Notes: generated by a model from the sequence alone, not told the origin. DNA of 64,000 nucleotides from Callorhinchus milii (GCF_018977255.1 NW_024704743.1:70682001-70746000); one strand, 5' to 3'. Positions 50,441 through 64,000 are shown, counted from the stretch's first letter. Program-made: numbers and translations.

Positions 50441-51254
50441 TATGTCATTGGAAGATGATCAGGAGCAGAAACTCTATTTGATTTTTCACTCCCTATCCCA
50501 GGGACTGGAAGAAAGATTTTAATGCCCAGAGCTGCTACCATGGTTGAGATCAGCAAAGGTAGTGTGAATAGCTTTGTGGATGTGTGACTTTGCGCACCAC
50601 AAGCCCATCAAGGGATCTATGAATACTGATTCATTAATTCACCTTATTCTGAACATTTCACTTTGATAGTATTTTGAAATCATTCATTTCATGATTATAT
50701 TTTACAATATACACTACCTACTTTATTTATGGTTTAAAATAGTTCTGGATCAATTTCTATGCAGTTGCAGGTTTCGGTGAGGATGCTGCCATTGATGTGT
50801 GATGTTATTCACACAATTATGATCAATTCCAGTTCATTACCAAGAGATTCTGTGACCAGTTTATGTTATAGGCCTCTGAATATTCTGTTCCTTGCTAAGC
50901 TTCACAAATGTTTTGTAAATAATCAGTGTTCAAAATTGTTTTTTCACAGATCAAAATGATTGCTTTCGTTTCCCATATTGAAATTGCTGCCACAGGGGTA
51001 CAGCTATTAAGTTCACCTAAATCGAGTGCTTTGAGAGTGCAATAGAGAAAGTAGAGAAAACAAAATGACTACAAAAATATATTATTGAGCAATAGCAATC
51101 GCCAAATATTCTTTCTGTGGGCTTCTATTTAAGGTAGCTTGAAAATACAACTGAGATTTGGTCAATAAATCCAATAAATTATCATGTAGATGTAGTATCT
51201 GCAATCCTATGTATTGTATGTTGTTTAGACTAGCTGGTCTTTCAAAATAAATAA

Positions 51255-51435
51255 ATAAATTATTTGGTCACTCAATTCACGACTGTTTGTGGGACTCTGA
51301 TGTGCGGAATTGACTGCCATGTTTCGCCCACAAAATATACAATCAGTCCTCTTTACAATACATTCTGTGAAGCACTTTGAAGCATCACGATGACCTGATA
51401 AGACACTATGTCAAATGCAAGGATTATTATTAGTA
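51255..51435 (+). mobile_element. SINE 3' half
   Basis: Same body and tail as 2750-2943. Confidence 0.8.
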
Positions 51436-51507
51436 TTGGTATCTGTGACCTAATTTACTGTATATTGTTTAGACTAACTGGTCTACACCTGTGAAGCGAT
51501 TTAACAG

Positions 51508-51636
51508 CAACAACAACAACAACAAGATTCCATTTATAGAGCGCCTTTCACGTCAGGAGGACGTCCCAAGGCACTGTACAGTTGGGTCAGGGCCGGAGCA
51601 GGGGGGAAATGGTCAGGGTGAGGGGAGGGAAGGGAG
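51508..51636 (-). mobile_element. Short, young L2 3' end just upstream of the exon 2 branch point
   Basis: Near-consensus reversed tail; candidate TSD TAACAG at 51502-51507 and 51637-51642. Confidence 0.85.
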
Positions 51637-51696
51637 TAACAGGCAGTAACCAAATCAACATTCCTAATCTATTGTCTTTTCTCTGTTCTTTTATAG

Positions 51697-51930
51697 ACAG
51701 TAATTTTATACTTGCAAATGCACAGGTGGCGAAGGGATTCCCCATAGTTTACTGCTCAGATGGCTTCTGTGAACTCACTGGGTTTGCCCGGACTGAAGTT
51801 ATGCAGAAGAGTTGTAGCTGTAGATTTTTATATGGTCCTGAAACAAATGAACAGATAACTCTTCGAATCGAGAAAGGTTTGGATGAAAAGACAGAATTCA
51901 AAGGAGATATCATGTTTTACAAGAAGAATG
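51697..51930 (+). CDS. KCNH8: Coding exon 2 of the ELK/Kv12 channel (PAS domain), 234 nt, phase 1-1
   Basis: Branch-like CTAAT (~51664-51668), pyrimidine tract and TTATAG acceptor precede it; donor G|GTAAGC at 51931. It joins exon 1 in frame (C|AC = His) and reads [79 protein letters not shown]. From recalled family sequences, [22 protein letters not shown] and [14 protein letters not shown] favour KCNH8 over KCNH4/KCNH3. Confidence 0.92.
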
Positions 51931-53389
51931 GTAAGCACACCTTCCTGTTAAGTAAAAATAAATCATGAAATGTATATTTGTATTGATAACCCATAGTTAT
52001 CGGGCCTTATGTTCGCTGGCATGAAGAATCAAAAATAAATTAAATCTATCATATAAGAACCATTGCTTTGTCCTACTGTCTCAAAGCATAATTTTCTGTT
52101 GTTTAGGTTTAAGCCATTCTGTGACATAGAGTATTTGAAGAGAGACTCGCCAAAGCACCATCACTAAGCATCGAAGTGGTTTCACTTGTCTTTTAAATTA
52201 GCATTCTAATTTTCTCAAGAGCTCGCCCACATATTCCATTTGATCCCATCATTGCATCTTCTTGCTCTGATTTTTGAAACATTCAATGATGATTCAGAGT
52301 GACGTAGTGCTACTTAGAGCTTGGGTGCTCCTCTAACTTTCAATGCTGCATCAAGCATTTTATTGCAAAATCTCATTTCAAGGATATACTGATCCTCCCC
52401 CCCCCCCCCCCCCCCCCCGCAACCAGCAGTTCAGTTGCACATTTCATCAGACTATCTTCTATTATAGTAATGCATGTTTTTTTTAGTAATACTTTCGACT
52501 AGGTGATTTACTTGGTGAGATTATATTAGAAGCTATTTTTCTAATCATTGTGAATCCCAAAATGGTTGCATAAAAATGATACATTTACCAATTCATTAAC
52601 ACAAATCTTCTAATCTCTGGTAATGCTTGGACTTTGTTTAATTTTATACCTGTATTCTTTAATTCTGTGATCCCACAAAACACAAATCACACACTTTAGA
52701 GTGTATCCTGTGAAGCGCTTTTGAGATGTCTCGAAGACGTGATAAGACTCTTATTAAATACAAGGATAATTATTATTATTATAATGCAAGTCAGATAGCT
52801 TGCTTACTTATATATCTAAATACATACCTCTCTTCAAACCATAATTTTAAGATTTTGATTATGTACTCCTTTAATGTTCTTGTGTCCAATGAAAAATAAG
52901 TTCAGGCCTGCTGGTTTCTCTTTAAACGTTTAAAGAAATACATATTGAGACTTGTGTCTATTTGATTTATATAATTTATGCAAAATAACTTACTCATGTC
53001 ATAGCAGTTATAAATCATTTGGCTTTATCCCCCATAAATTATTTACTCCCTTCCTTCGATTGCACGATTTTTGGTGTTCTGACTTACAACTGATACAAGG
53101 CCTGGATGAGTAATAACTTTCTGCGGCTCAATGTCAACAAGATTGAAGCTATCCTGTTTGTTTCTCACTAGCATATACATTTCCAGCTGCTTGCTTGGGC
53201 TGAAACGGATGGTGCTCTGTTTTGAAGCACTTCAAGATATTGACTTACACAAAGGGCACTGTATAAATGAGAATTGTTGTTGTTGACATTTTGCATGACC
53301 CTGAGCAGTGTCTCAACCTCCATATCCATTGCATATCTGGAACTCACAAGTCTCTGCAGACAAGTTTCCTTGTCCCTTTTACCACCATT

Positions 53390-54055
53390 CAGTAGGTTGT
53401 GGGTTCAAATTCCACATTGGATCTTGAAATGCATATAGACACACCAATGCAGTGGGGTGAGCTGCATTGTTTTAGCTGCTGTCCTTCGGTGAGACTTTAC
53501 ACCGAGACCCTGTCTGCATGTTCAAGTGGACGTTAAAGATCTCATTGCACCATTCAAAAAGAGAAGGGAATTTCTCCTGGTGTCCTTGTCAACAATTCCC
53601 AAATAAAATTGGTCCATTTACTTCATGGCTGTTTGTAGGACATTGCAGTACACAACATGGCTGCCCCTTTTGGCCACAGTCACTACACGTTACAGTGTAT
53701 CTTCTGAAGCCCCACCATTGGCGGGAGAGCCTTCAGCCACTCTGCCCCAACCTCTGGAATTCCATCCCCCAGTCACTCCACCTCGCCCCCTCCTCAGCCT
53801 TCTTCAAGTCCCGCCTCAAGACCCTCCTCTTTGAGCATGTCATTAGCCACCACCATTCCCCTCCCCTCCCTTATCCCCCCCCAACCCCAGCTCAGGTCTA
53901 AAATGCTGTGCTCTGTCCAGCGCCTTGGGACGTCCTCCCGACGTGAAATGCGTAATACAAATGTAATCTTGTTGTTGTTGTTGAACCACTTTGGGATGTC
54001 CTGCTGACGTGAAAGGCACTTTAGCAGATGTAAGGATTATATAAGGATTATTATT
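53390..54055 (+). mobile_element. Deu-type SINE with a nested L2 3' fragment (53710-53983)
   Basis: The SINE breaks at tcttctgaagc and resumes after (TTG)n with aaccactttgggatgtcctgctgacgtgaaagg. Confidence 0.8.
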
Positions 54056-54084
54056 TTGCCCCCATTCACTGAAACTCTGATCTG

Positions 54085-56030
54085 CCGCTCTTTGACTTGT
54101 TCCCTCCCCTCTTTCCCTGCAGATGGCGGGAAACTGGCCTGACAGTTCACCGCCAACTGTGGCTCGAACATCTCCACAGCTACCACCGTTCTTTGACACG
54201 CGCAAAAACGGCCTCCAACATCATCTTGGAGGCTAAACACAACCCTATAATCCTTTTTTCCACCACTCACTACCTCCTCCGTGCCCCCCCTCAGGCCTCC
54301 TCAATCTTCATATCCAATGCCAAATGCGAGGAGGTCATGGACTTCTTTTCTTCTAAAATACTCAACATCCGCCAGGCAGCCTCATCCACCTGCACCTTGT
54401 CACCCACCACCACACCCTCTCTGTCCCCCTCACCCTCCTTATCATCTGCTCCTACCACCACCCCCATCTTACATTCCTTCCTCCCCATCTCTCCCTCCTC
54501 CCTCTCACCCACCATCAGCTCCATGAAACCCACCACCTGCTGCCTCGACCTGCTCCCCACCAACTTACTGGTCACTCAGCTCCCCCTCCTCTGCCCACTA
54601 CTGGCTGACATGATCAACAAGTCCCTCTCCTCCGGATCAGTCCCTGCCTCCCTCAAAACTGCTGTCATCACCCCCCCTCCTGAAAAAACCCTCCCTTGAT
54701 CCCTCAAACCCCAGCCACTACCGCCCTATTTCTATCCTGCCCTTCGTCGCAAAAGTTCTAGAATGCGTTATTACCAATCAACTCCGCGCAGACCTCTCCT
54801 CCCACTTCCTCTTCAAACCCCTTCAGTCTGGTTTCCGCCCTCCCCACAGTACAGAGACTGCGCCCACAGTACAGAGACTGCGCCCACAGTACAGAGACTG
54901 CGCCCATAGTACAGAGACTGCGCTTGTGAAAGTCACAAACGACATCCTCTCTATCTGTGACCAGGACTCCCTCTACCTCCTTGTCCTCCTGGACACCTCC
55001 GCTGCGTTCGACACAGTCGATCATGCCATCCTCCTCCACTGCCTTTCCTCCGTCATCCACCTCAGTGGGACCACACTCGCCTGGTTTGAATCCTACCTCA
55101 CGAACCGCCAGCAGTCCATCTGCACAAAAGACTTCTCCTCCGGCTCTCACCCGGTTACCTGTGGGGTGCCCCAAGGATCCATCATTGAGCCCCTCCTCTT
55201 TCTGACCTACATGCTCCCTCTTGGGGATGTCATCCGCAGACATGGGGTACACTTCCACATATATGCAGATGACACCCAACTCTATTTTTCCACCTCTCTT
55301 TGCGACCCCCAGTCCCCTGATGTTCTGTCAGCCTGCCTGTCAGATCTCAGGGGCCGGATGAGCACAAACTTCCTTCAGCTGAACGTTGACAAGACGGAAG
55401 CCATACTCTTTGGCTCTCGTCAACGTCTAAAATCTCACAGCTGTCACCTCCTCCACCTACCCAACCTCCCCTAAAACTTTCCGAACCCGTACGCGACCTA
55501 GGCGTCAGGTTCGACCCCCAATTATCCTTCCTCCCCCACATCCAGTCCCTCACCAGCACCGCCTTCTTCCACCTCCGCGCATCGCCCGTCTCCGCCAATA
55601 CCTCTCCCCAAGAGCCGCTGAAACCCTGGTCCATGCCTTTGTCACCTCTCGGCCGGACTACTCTAACGCCCTCCACTCCTCTGCAAACCCCTACCTCTTT
55701 GACCTCCTCTCTCCTCAAAAGAGTACCCGTTGCCTTTGTTCCTCTGAGTCTGGCCTCCTCCTCGTCCCCTGAGTCCTCCGCTCCATCCTCGGCAGCCGTG
55801 CCTTCAGCCACCATACCCCGAGGCTCTGGTACTGCCTTCCTCCCTTCCTTCGTCTCGCCCCCTCTCTTCCTATTTTCATGTCTCTGCTGAAGACCTTTCT
55901 TTTCGACCGCGCCTTTGGTCACCTTCTCCCCCCTCCCCCTGGTTTGGCCCTGGGATCCGTTACTGTGAAGCGCTCTGAGACGCCATCCGGCGTGGAGGGC
56001 ACTATATAAATCCAAGTTGTTGCTGTTGTT
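54085..56030 (+). mobile_element. Longest L2 copy (~1.95 kb, ORF2 linker-RT-3' end, frameshifted)
   Basis: [79 protein letters not shown]. Confidence 0.95.
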
Positions 56031-57664
56031 GATAGCTCTCATCCCCAGCTTAAGTATCCATCGAACATTATTAAATGCTTTGTGACATCCTCCTGACATA
56101 GAGAGATGCTATATAAATGAAAATTGTATATAAGCTCAACTAGTTTCCAATACATAAGAAGATCAAAATTAAGACCCTTTGTCTTAAAATTCTCCACTGT
56201 TTTTTCCCACCATTAATTATTCGGTCTTCGTCAGCCCTACATTATAACCTGCACCCTCCTCATTTCAATTCCTTTAACCCACCATCGATACCTCTGTCCT
56301 ATGGAGCTCTCTTCCAAAACAACTGTCTTGTTAACTCCCTCCTTGGCTTCAGAAACCTCCTAAAAACAAACCTTTTTGACCATGTCTTTCGCCAATATCT
56401 TAAATGTCTTTCTAAATTTTGCTTGGTGTCCACCACTATCTTTGGTCAAGCATTTTGAAATGTTCTTTCACGTGAAAGGTGCTGTATAAATACATTTTGT
56501 TAGATGGAGGAAAAAACATAGACTATGCAATGAATTCTCTATGTAAAGTCTAAATTTTCTTCTGGGAGTGGTCATAGAAATTTACATTTTATTACATGCA
56601 TTCTCATTATTTTGTTTTAAAATATTTTTAAATGTGTTGTTTTGAATAATAATAAATGTGTTTATGAATAAAATAACCCTTGTTCAGGGTTAATTTATGA
56701 TTATTATTTTCACTTCTGAGACGAGACATACAGTAATTAATTTGTGTCTTGTAAATTACCTTTTCATCCCAATGTGTGGATAATATAATTGTATAATATA
56801 ATTATTATAACAGGTTACATAATATAACTTCTATTTGTACACTATTATGGAGAGATCCTGGAAGAATAAAAGTCACTTTTCCATTGATACATCAAATTCC
56901 ATTGTTTCTCAATAGTCTTGAACTAAGAAATAAAAAAAAGAAAATATTTGTTTTTTCAATCAAATTCATACATTTAGTGTTAATATTTCTAACATTTGAA
57001 TGAGTTGTCCATTTCTACAAACCAGTTTTATTTTAGTCAGACCAAAAAAATGAACCTTAATGGAAATTGTATAAATCCCAGGTCTTGGACTGCTGTTTTG
57101 TCATGTTATTGTGACAGTTAAGGAGGTGCCTATTACAGATACAATAATTCAGTCATCCAGTCATACTACACCTTTCAGTAAAAGTTGCTTATATGCATTA
57201 TATATTGGAGCTTTTTTCCACCCTTGTAGTTTAGAGGCATTCACTTTTTTCCAAGTTTGCCTGTGAAACTACATGCCGAATATAATTTGAGATCTAAATT
57301 AGAATTCAATTGCTTCTGGAAAGGTACAATTTAATTCAGCTGATGATCGAAGTCTGATGGCCTGCACTTCAAGAATAATAGAATTGTTTTGCCTTTACAA
57401 TGTGCAATTTAAAGTACTTTTTTTAAAAAAAGGTTGCATATGTCCTTCCTTCTCATGTCAGCAACTGAAATAGTTTATGCCAACTATATGGTATGTAAAT
57501 TGTCTAACTTCCATGGTGCTCTATGGGCCAGTCTTCAAAGAATTCCATTACTCTTTTAGTTTTTTGGTTATATATTACTTGCTGATTCTGTCTTCTGAGC
57601 TGGTGTCTGTGTCGGGGCAATGTGGTGCTGCATTATCCCTGGCACAATGAAGATAGGGACTCCA

Positions 57665-57960
57665 TAAGATCACAAGATTGGTTTGGATGAAGAAGGCTCT
57701 TTGGCACATCCAATCTCATCCTTCCAGAAATCCATCTTACCATCAGCAAATCACAGCATCAACCTGCTTCATAAATGCGTCCAGCTTCCTGGCCTCTGCC
57801 ACCTTCCCTGGCAACTTGTTCCAGTCATTTATTATCCTCTGAGTAAAGAAAAACTTTCTGGTACCTGTCCTGAAATTGCCATTTACAATTCTAAACTTAT
57901 GTTCGCTTGTTATGTTGACGTTTACTAGAAAAGCCATACCTTGATTTCTTTGTAAACCAC
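57665..57960 (-). mobile_element. CR1 LINE 3' end
   Basis: HKFRIVNGNFRTGTRKFFFTQRIINDWNKLPGKVAEARKLDAFMKQVD. Confidence 0.85.
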
Positions 57961-60169
57961 CTACATTTTACTTATTAAATTTCTACTGAAGTTTAGACCA
58001 TACCCTTTCTGGGCATTTTAATCTGAAGGATTTAGGGGTGCTCATCCCAATAACAGTGATGTACATCTTGACTTGTATGGAACCGTAAATGTTCCAGAGA
58101 GATAAAGCAACATCTATTAATGTGGGATTAATTACAAGATCGTTGAGTAATTAATGTCCTTAGAAAAGCCCACTGTGATTAGAAATCCAATTGCTGACTT
58201 TAGAGAAATGTATGAACATAAGATAATTATTAAAGTTATTTTTCTTGAAATGTAAGGTCCAATTTAAAACATACATTTCAAATTAACTGGAGACTGTTAA
58301 GCACAGTTATGATTTTCGTAGGTGTGTCAGACTCTCAGTTGATCAAAAAGGAAATAACTATTTTAGAGAATCTTGTTATAGATTTATCATTATGAGATAA
58401 CAAAACAGTTTATGTGCCGTTTAAAGACTCAATATTTATTTTTCTAGTCTAGTTTCTTATTTTTCATTGATATTTATGCCAGAAATGGAGAAAAAAATAC
58501 GTTTCCAATGCCCCTCCCCAACTCAAACAAAAGGTTATGCTGAAGATTTAGAAACCTATTTTAATGCAAAGCTACAACACTCACGTGACAGACAGTTGAA
58601 AGCTGGGGCAAGATGATGCCAGGGCAGAGTGCTAAGCTATTTTCTGAACTGTTATGCACTTACAACCAATCTTCTACCTCTCAGAATTTCTGTTGCAACA
58701 GTTTCAATCAGTCATAAACAAAACAGGTAGCTTTCTTTTTAAATAAAACATTTCTGCCATATGCTTCCCCAGTGGTGCAGTGGCTGCTTCCAGTTATTGT
58801 GATTGTTCTGCTGATTCCAGTTGTTGTTGAAAATAGGGCAGGATAGAACAGTCAGATTTCTGTTTTTGCTGAAATATTTTTTCAGAAATACCACACCACA
58901 CTCCTTCAAGGGTCACTCCAAGTTATAGAGACTGTTTCAAACAATTATGTACCTGGTGGTGCTAAAAATAATAACAATAATAATAGAAATGAATATTTAT
59001 TGAAAACAGCAACTTGTGTTTATGCCAGGAACTGAGATTATAATTGGCAAATAACTGAGTAACACTTTAGGGAGTGGAGAAAGTGATTCACAAATGTCAC
59101 CCAAATGAAGCCTTTGACTTAGTAATGTGCGTTGAAGACTTTTTTTCATAGCCCCATTCACGTTGGATTCAATCCAATTCACGTAGAACTTTGGATTCAG
59201 TTATGATGATTGATGCTTATACCCAATGGTGCAACATTCTTAATTTATGGAAGTCTATCTTTAAAAAAGCACATTGCGATCAGAAATTCCATTGCTGACT
59301 TTAGCTTGGGTATCCAACCAGCATGTCAGTGAGACCTCTCAAAGCACCTCACAAGACACACTGCAAAGTGAAGTGACCATGTATTTGTGGGTGAAACACG
59401 GCAGCCAGTTTGCACATAGCAATGTTCTACAAATAGCTGGAGGGAGCATGAACTGGTTCCCACTTAGATATCCCCAAATTGTTCATCAATAGAAACACCT
59501 AGTTGAGTTGCTATGAAAATGCAAGCTATTTACTTATTACAGCTGTGACAATTGTCAAACATTGTAACATGATCCAAAAATGCTCCCTCGAGAGTTCCTG
59601 GCTGGAGGCAATTATAATAAAGACAGATGTCTCGCAAAATTATTTGGGAGAGCCCAGAGAGACTCGAAGAAGTGAAGCAACTGTGTCAATGGGCAACAGC
59701 CAAATCCATGCTTCAATAAGCCAAGAAGTACTCTAACTTTGGATTTGAATTTCTGCTTTCAAGAGACAGAGTCTCCAGAGGATCAGAGAAGCGCTCACAT
59801 CTGCCTTATAGTTTCTAAGTCTTCTTTGACAATTTGGACAAAGTCACATAAAATCAACTTTGGACTGATTTTGGTCCTGGGAATTGTCACAAGATGCTTG
59901 ATAATTTGAAGTGTACCTGGTTACTGAGCTGCCTGGTCCCCATTCAATAGATTTTCTAACCATCAGCAAAGGTTATGAGGATCCATGTGCAAAGTTTTTA
60001 GCTGCTAATAATTCTGGAACTCCCTATCTCGTGTCTCCAACTCACCCCTAATAGGGCCTTAGGACGTCCTCCCGACGTGAAAGGCACTTTACAAATGTAA
60101 TTTTGTTGTTCCAGAAGTTTTTTGATTATTAGGTAGAATTTGCAAAATTTTATAAGAAATTTCTTATGT

Positions 60170-60565
60170 GAGTTAATCCCATCACCCCTTTCCTCGCCAG
60201 GCTTCATTGTTTCCCTGTCTTCGAATGGATTGACTTCAAGATTCTCTTCCTCACATACAAATCTCTTCATGCTATACCACCTCTCGGACTTGACTCATGC
60301 TAAACTCCTTTGCCCGGACAGTCAGCTAACACTGGCTGCTCAACATCACTGCATCAGTATCTGTGACTGTGCTTTCAGCTACTGCACCCCTAAATTCTGG
60401 AACTCCCTGTCTCAATGCCTCCAGCTCACTCCCTCTTTAACTTTAAATCCACCTGAAGACCTATCTCTTCCACCTCTCCCTTGCTCAGCATCCAACCTGC
60501 TATTGTACAGCACTTCGAGGTGCTATCCTGTGTGAAGGACACTATATAAATGCAAGTTGTTGTTA
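60170..60565 (+). mobile_element. Old L2 3' fragment
   Basis: IDFKIL and AFSYCTPKFWNSL motifs; variant tail. Confidence 0.7.
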
Positions 60566-61639
60566 TTAAACCCTACAATACCTTGACATCAGAAATAAAG
60601 GATCATGAAGAAGGACCCAGGAGAGGTTCATATGAAGAAGATATTCAAATTCAGTCAATATGATGTCACCCTTCCCAAATGCTGTTCAATACATTTTTTT
60701 TCTATTTCAACATCCTGCGGTTTCTTAAATCATCCTGGCCTCAACTATTCTTCCTGATAACCTGTGTGTTTCATTTACTAATCTTAAAGAGCATTAATGT
60801 TACTACGAAATAAATACTACTGTGTATAGTTAGGTCCAGAGTTTGTCAGGCAAAAATGGTTGCATTATAATTTTGTTAGAATTTTTATGCGACACTTGTG
60901 TTCACTGTAATTCAAGCAAAGTATTAAGATTATGATTATGGATTGCCTACCATATTGCACAATTTCCCCTAGAGCTCACATTGCAGGTTTTCTCAGTTTA
61001 CTGCTAGCAACCCTAATGCATTGAAACATGCTGAGAAAATGCAATCTGTTCTGTTTGAGGGAAAACAGGATTTAGCTTTACTTTATGTTTACAAATTTTG
61101 CTTCTCAAGGACAAAATGAGCAATGCTAAAATCTGACACAGTGATAGAATAACTGATTTATACATTATTTAAAGCTAAGAACATTGATTCATAGAACAAA
61201 GAAAACACCATTATTCTCACTAGTTTGCTCATCATTCATGACTTCTTTTACAACATTTTTCCATAACATAATTCATATTCCTTTACCACTTGCTGGATCA
61301 GAAATATAATCCAGTTTGACTTTGTATGCTGAATAGTGTACTGAATCTTTACGCAACACACCTGGTAGTATTCTCCTTTATGGATCCAAGCTCCTAGGTC
61401 GCAGCAAAGATTGCAAAGTCCTCCAGCCCAATTGCAAAGTTGAGGATCATGCAGTTAGGTGGATTTGTGGCAAACATGGGAAGTGGCTGCATGGAGGGAG
61501 GGCTCCAGTCTACACTGACCTGTCACCGAGCAACCTGGAGGTGGAAAGGGCTTCCATACAATTTCTCCATTTCCACTGTTCAAACACATCCCTGTACAGA
61601 CAATGACTGTTCCCTTGTCATTCACCCCACACTTGTTTC

Positions 61640-62025
61640 ACCTCAGAAGTCTAGCAAATCAAGAAGTGTGGTTCATAGCTTAGGCGGACACTCCAGTAGA
61701 GTGCTTCAGCTGCACTTCATTGTCAAAGATTCCATTCATCAAATGAAACTTTAAACTGGGGCCCTGTCTGCTACTCCATGGCCCTAATCAAACAGTGAAG
61801 GGAATTTCTCTCTCCTGGAATCCTCTCTCGTTCCCCCAAATAAAATTGGTGACTTACTTGACCACATGCCTCTTTGTAGACATTGCTGTGTGCACATTGG
61901 TTGCCACAATCAATTACAAATAACAGTCACTACATTCCACAGGAAATATTCAGAAGTGCTTTGAAATGTTTCAGCAACATGATAAGGTGCTAGATCATTT
62001 GCAAGGATTATTAGGATTATTAATG
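61640..62025 (+). mobile_element. Degraded Deu-type SINE
   Basis: Head gaagtgtggttca, body cattgctgtgtgcacattggttgcc, tail. Confidence 0.6.
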
Positions 62026-62269
62026 ACTCTTTGTTCTAACTGGAACCAGTTCAGGCAGTTTTTGATAGTCCACAATTTTTTTATTTTCCACTGGTGCCGA
62101 AATGTATCAAGCTTTGTGGGTGATCTTATATTGGGGTTTTGCCATTATAACCTCATCCCCTACCCTCCCTCATTTGTACGATTTGAATGAGATCTCATTT
62201 ATAGTGTATTACAAATGCCCTCTCCCACAACTCTTTCAAGGTCCATCTCACTCCAACAACAATTTACAT

Positions 62270-63070
62270 TTATACAATTTGTATAGGGTTTAACGCCCTT
62301 CATGCCATTAGCATCTCGGAGCACTTAGCAATGAGGTGGTTTGACATTAAGATGGAAAGAGAGGGGAGGTGACTGAAGGCACGGTCAAAGAGGAAAATCT
62401 TCAGATGTATTTTTGAGACAGGCAAAGAGGCAGCAAAGTCAGAGGATTAAGGCAGGGAGTTCCAGAAATTCAGGGCATAGCAGTTGAAATCATGACCGCC
62501 AATTGTTGAGCGGAGGGAATGAGGGACATGCTGCAGACTTGAACCAGCTGAGTGAAGCTGACGGGAGCGGGATGTGTGAATATCATAGATGTAGCAAGAT
62601 GCCAGGGCATGAAGTGATTTGAAAGTGAGAGGATCTTGAAAGCAATCTGTCCTCAACAGGGAGCCAGTGGAGCTGGCAAGAATTAGGGTGATGGGGAAGC
62701 AGAGCCTGGTACAAGTAAAGACATATGCAGCAGAGTTTTGTTTCACTTCCTCTTTGATTATCTTTCCTCTCCCTAACCCCTTCAGCTCCCACCTGTGCCA
62801 AGTCAGGACTTTCAAATTCCTTACAACAACAACAAGATTTCATTTATAGAGCATCTTTCATTTCGGGAGGACGTCCCAAGGCGCTGGACAATTGGGTCGG
62901 GACCCGAGCAGGGGGGAAATGGTCAGGGTGAGGGGAGGGAAGGGAGGGAGCGAGGAGGGGGTAGAAAGTTGAGAGGGGACCTGAAGGCACGGTCGAAGAG
63001 AAAGGTCTTGAGACCGGCCTTGAAGGAGGAAAGGGAGGAAGCAAGGCGAAGGCACTGGGGGATGGAGTTC
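62270..63070 (-). mobile_element. Two adjacent L2 3' fragments (old 62270-62740; young 62822-63070)
   Basis: FKSLHALA..IGGHDFNCYALNFWNSLP in the old piece. The young piece is nearly identical to the reverse complement of ~6190-6431. Confidence 0.85.
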
Positions 63071-64000
63071 CTTAGGACATCCTCCTGACATGATACTGTA
63101 TAAATGTATTGAAACAGCATAGTGTTCATGTGTAGTCCCACTATTTCAATTATGGTATCATCAATTAATCATTTAACTTGCTTACCTTTAATTCTGAACT
63201 TGCTGTAGGTATACCAGCTGGCTAAATAGTTAAACGCACCACCATCTGGTGTGATACTGAACCAGGCACATCAGTAAGATCCCAGATCTAATCACAGGTC
63301 CGTGTTGTGTTTGCTTTTCTCAGCATTAGGACATTACAATTGGATTCTCTTGAGCTACGTGACAGAGAAAAATCTGTTTGGATTCTTATTTTTAACAACT
63401 AATCTATTTTGTTTTTGTCTTAATGCATTGATTTTCAGGCCAGGTGGTAGGAGAGAAAGAAATCTCCATAAAAAGTCCACAAATAGGTGAAATTTAAATT
63501 GTTTCCAAGCTTGATTTATTTCCCTTGGCTGTTTCTTTTGCAAACTTAAGCGCATGAAAGTCTTGTGCTGTTCCTCTCTTCAGGACAAAAGCACATTTGC
63601 AATTCTTCCATATTTTAGTCAACATGTGGCACTAACATGTGGCAACATGTGGAGAGCAGAAACGATTAGTTCTTTGGTAGACTTTTTTTGCATTTGTGGC
63701 TGATCATTTTAGATTAGGAATGGTGTAACTCTCAACATCAGCCAAGAAAGAGTCAATAGGGATATTTTGGCTGAGAGAGAACTTCAAGTAATCTAATATT
63801 GTATGCTGTAAGGAATTGCAGAATTGACAAAACATATTCGTTCCTAAGTATTTATGTTTACAATAAATGCACGTGTGGTGTAAAAACAGGGTCGATTGTT
63901 TCCTTTGAGTCATAGGAGAAGGAAATATAAAAAGACATTGCAGTAGAGCACTAGTAGCCAGATCAGGCTATCTGGTTTGGGTCAGCTGCATCTGGTTATT

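Noticed and set aside
51691..51700. Tandem acceptor TAG|ACAG
   Set aside because: The second AG is 4 nt downstream and would frameshift; there is no evidence of use.
51582..51968. 128-aa ORF as a stand-alone gene
   Set aside because: It is exon 2 plus intronic read-through; its N-terminal part derives from an L2 tail.
51931..64000. KCNH8 exon 3 (expected to begin near PFWCLLDIVPIKNEKG)
   Set aside because: I found no such coding sequence; it probably lies beyond the window.

Overview
Vertebrate, AT-rich, retrotransposon-dense genomic DNA. The repeat content (Deu-domain tRNA-SINEs, L2 and CR1 LINEs) suggests a cartilaginous fish; that is inference. The one recognisable host gene is the 5' end of an ELK-family (Kv12) potassium channel, best matching KCNH8, on the + strand. 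Coding exon 1 is 28428-28503, intron 1 is about 23.2 kb, and exon 2 is 51697-51930; together they encode the N-cap and most of the PAS domain. I did not find exon 3 in the window. The standout observation is a ~70-nt antisense copy of exon 1 inside intron 1 (29361-29431). By hand alignment it pairs with the 5'UTR, start codon and first 18 codons at 65 of 70 positions, including 8 G-U wobbles. It leaves an A-C mismatch at the first base of codon 12 (AAC), which resembles an ADAR editing-complementary sequence predicting N12D recoding and/or splicing control. Also near exon 1 are a canonical RE1/REST site, an overlapping uORF and a 607-nt pure-purine tract. Inverted L2 tails bracket the frame-symmetric exon 2. 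The remainder is L2, CR1, SINE, hAT and Harbinger-like debris plus an unclassified non-LTR family. Repeat boundaries are approximate, and nearly all ORFs in the supplied track are repeat-derived or low-complexity.
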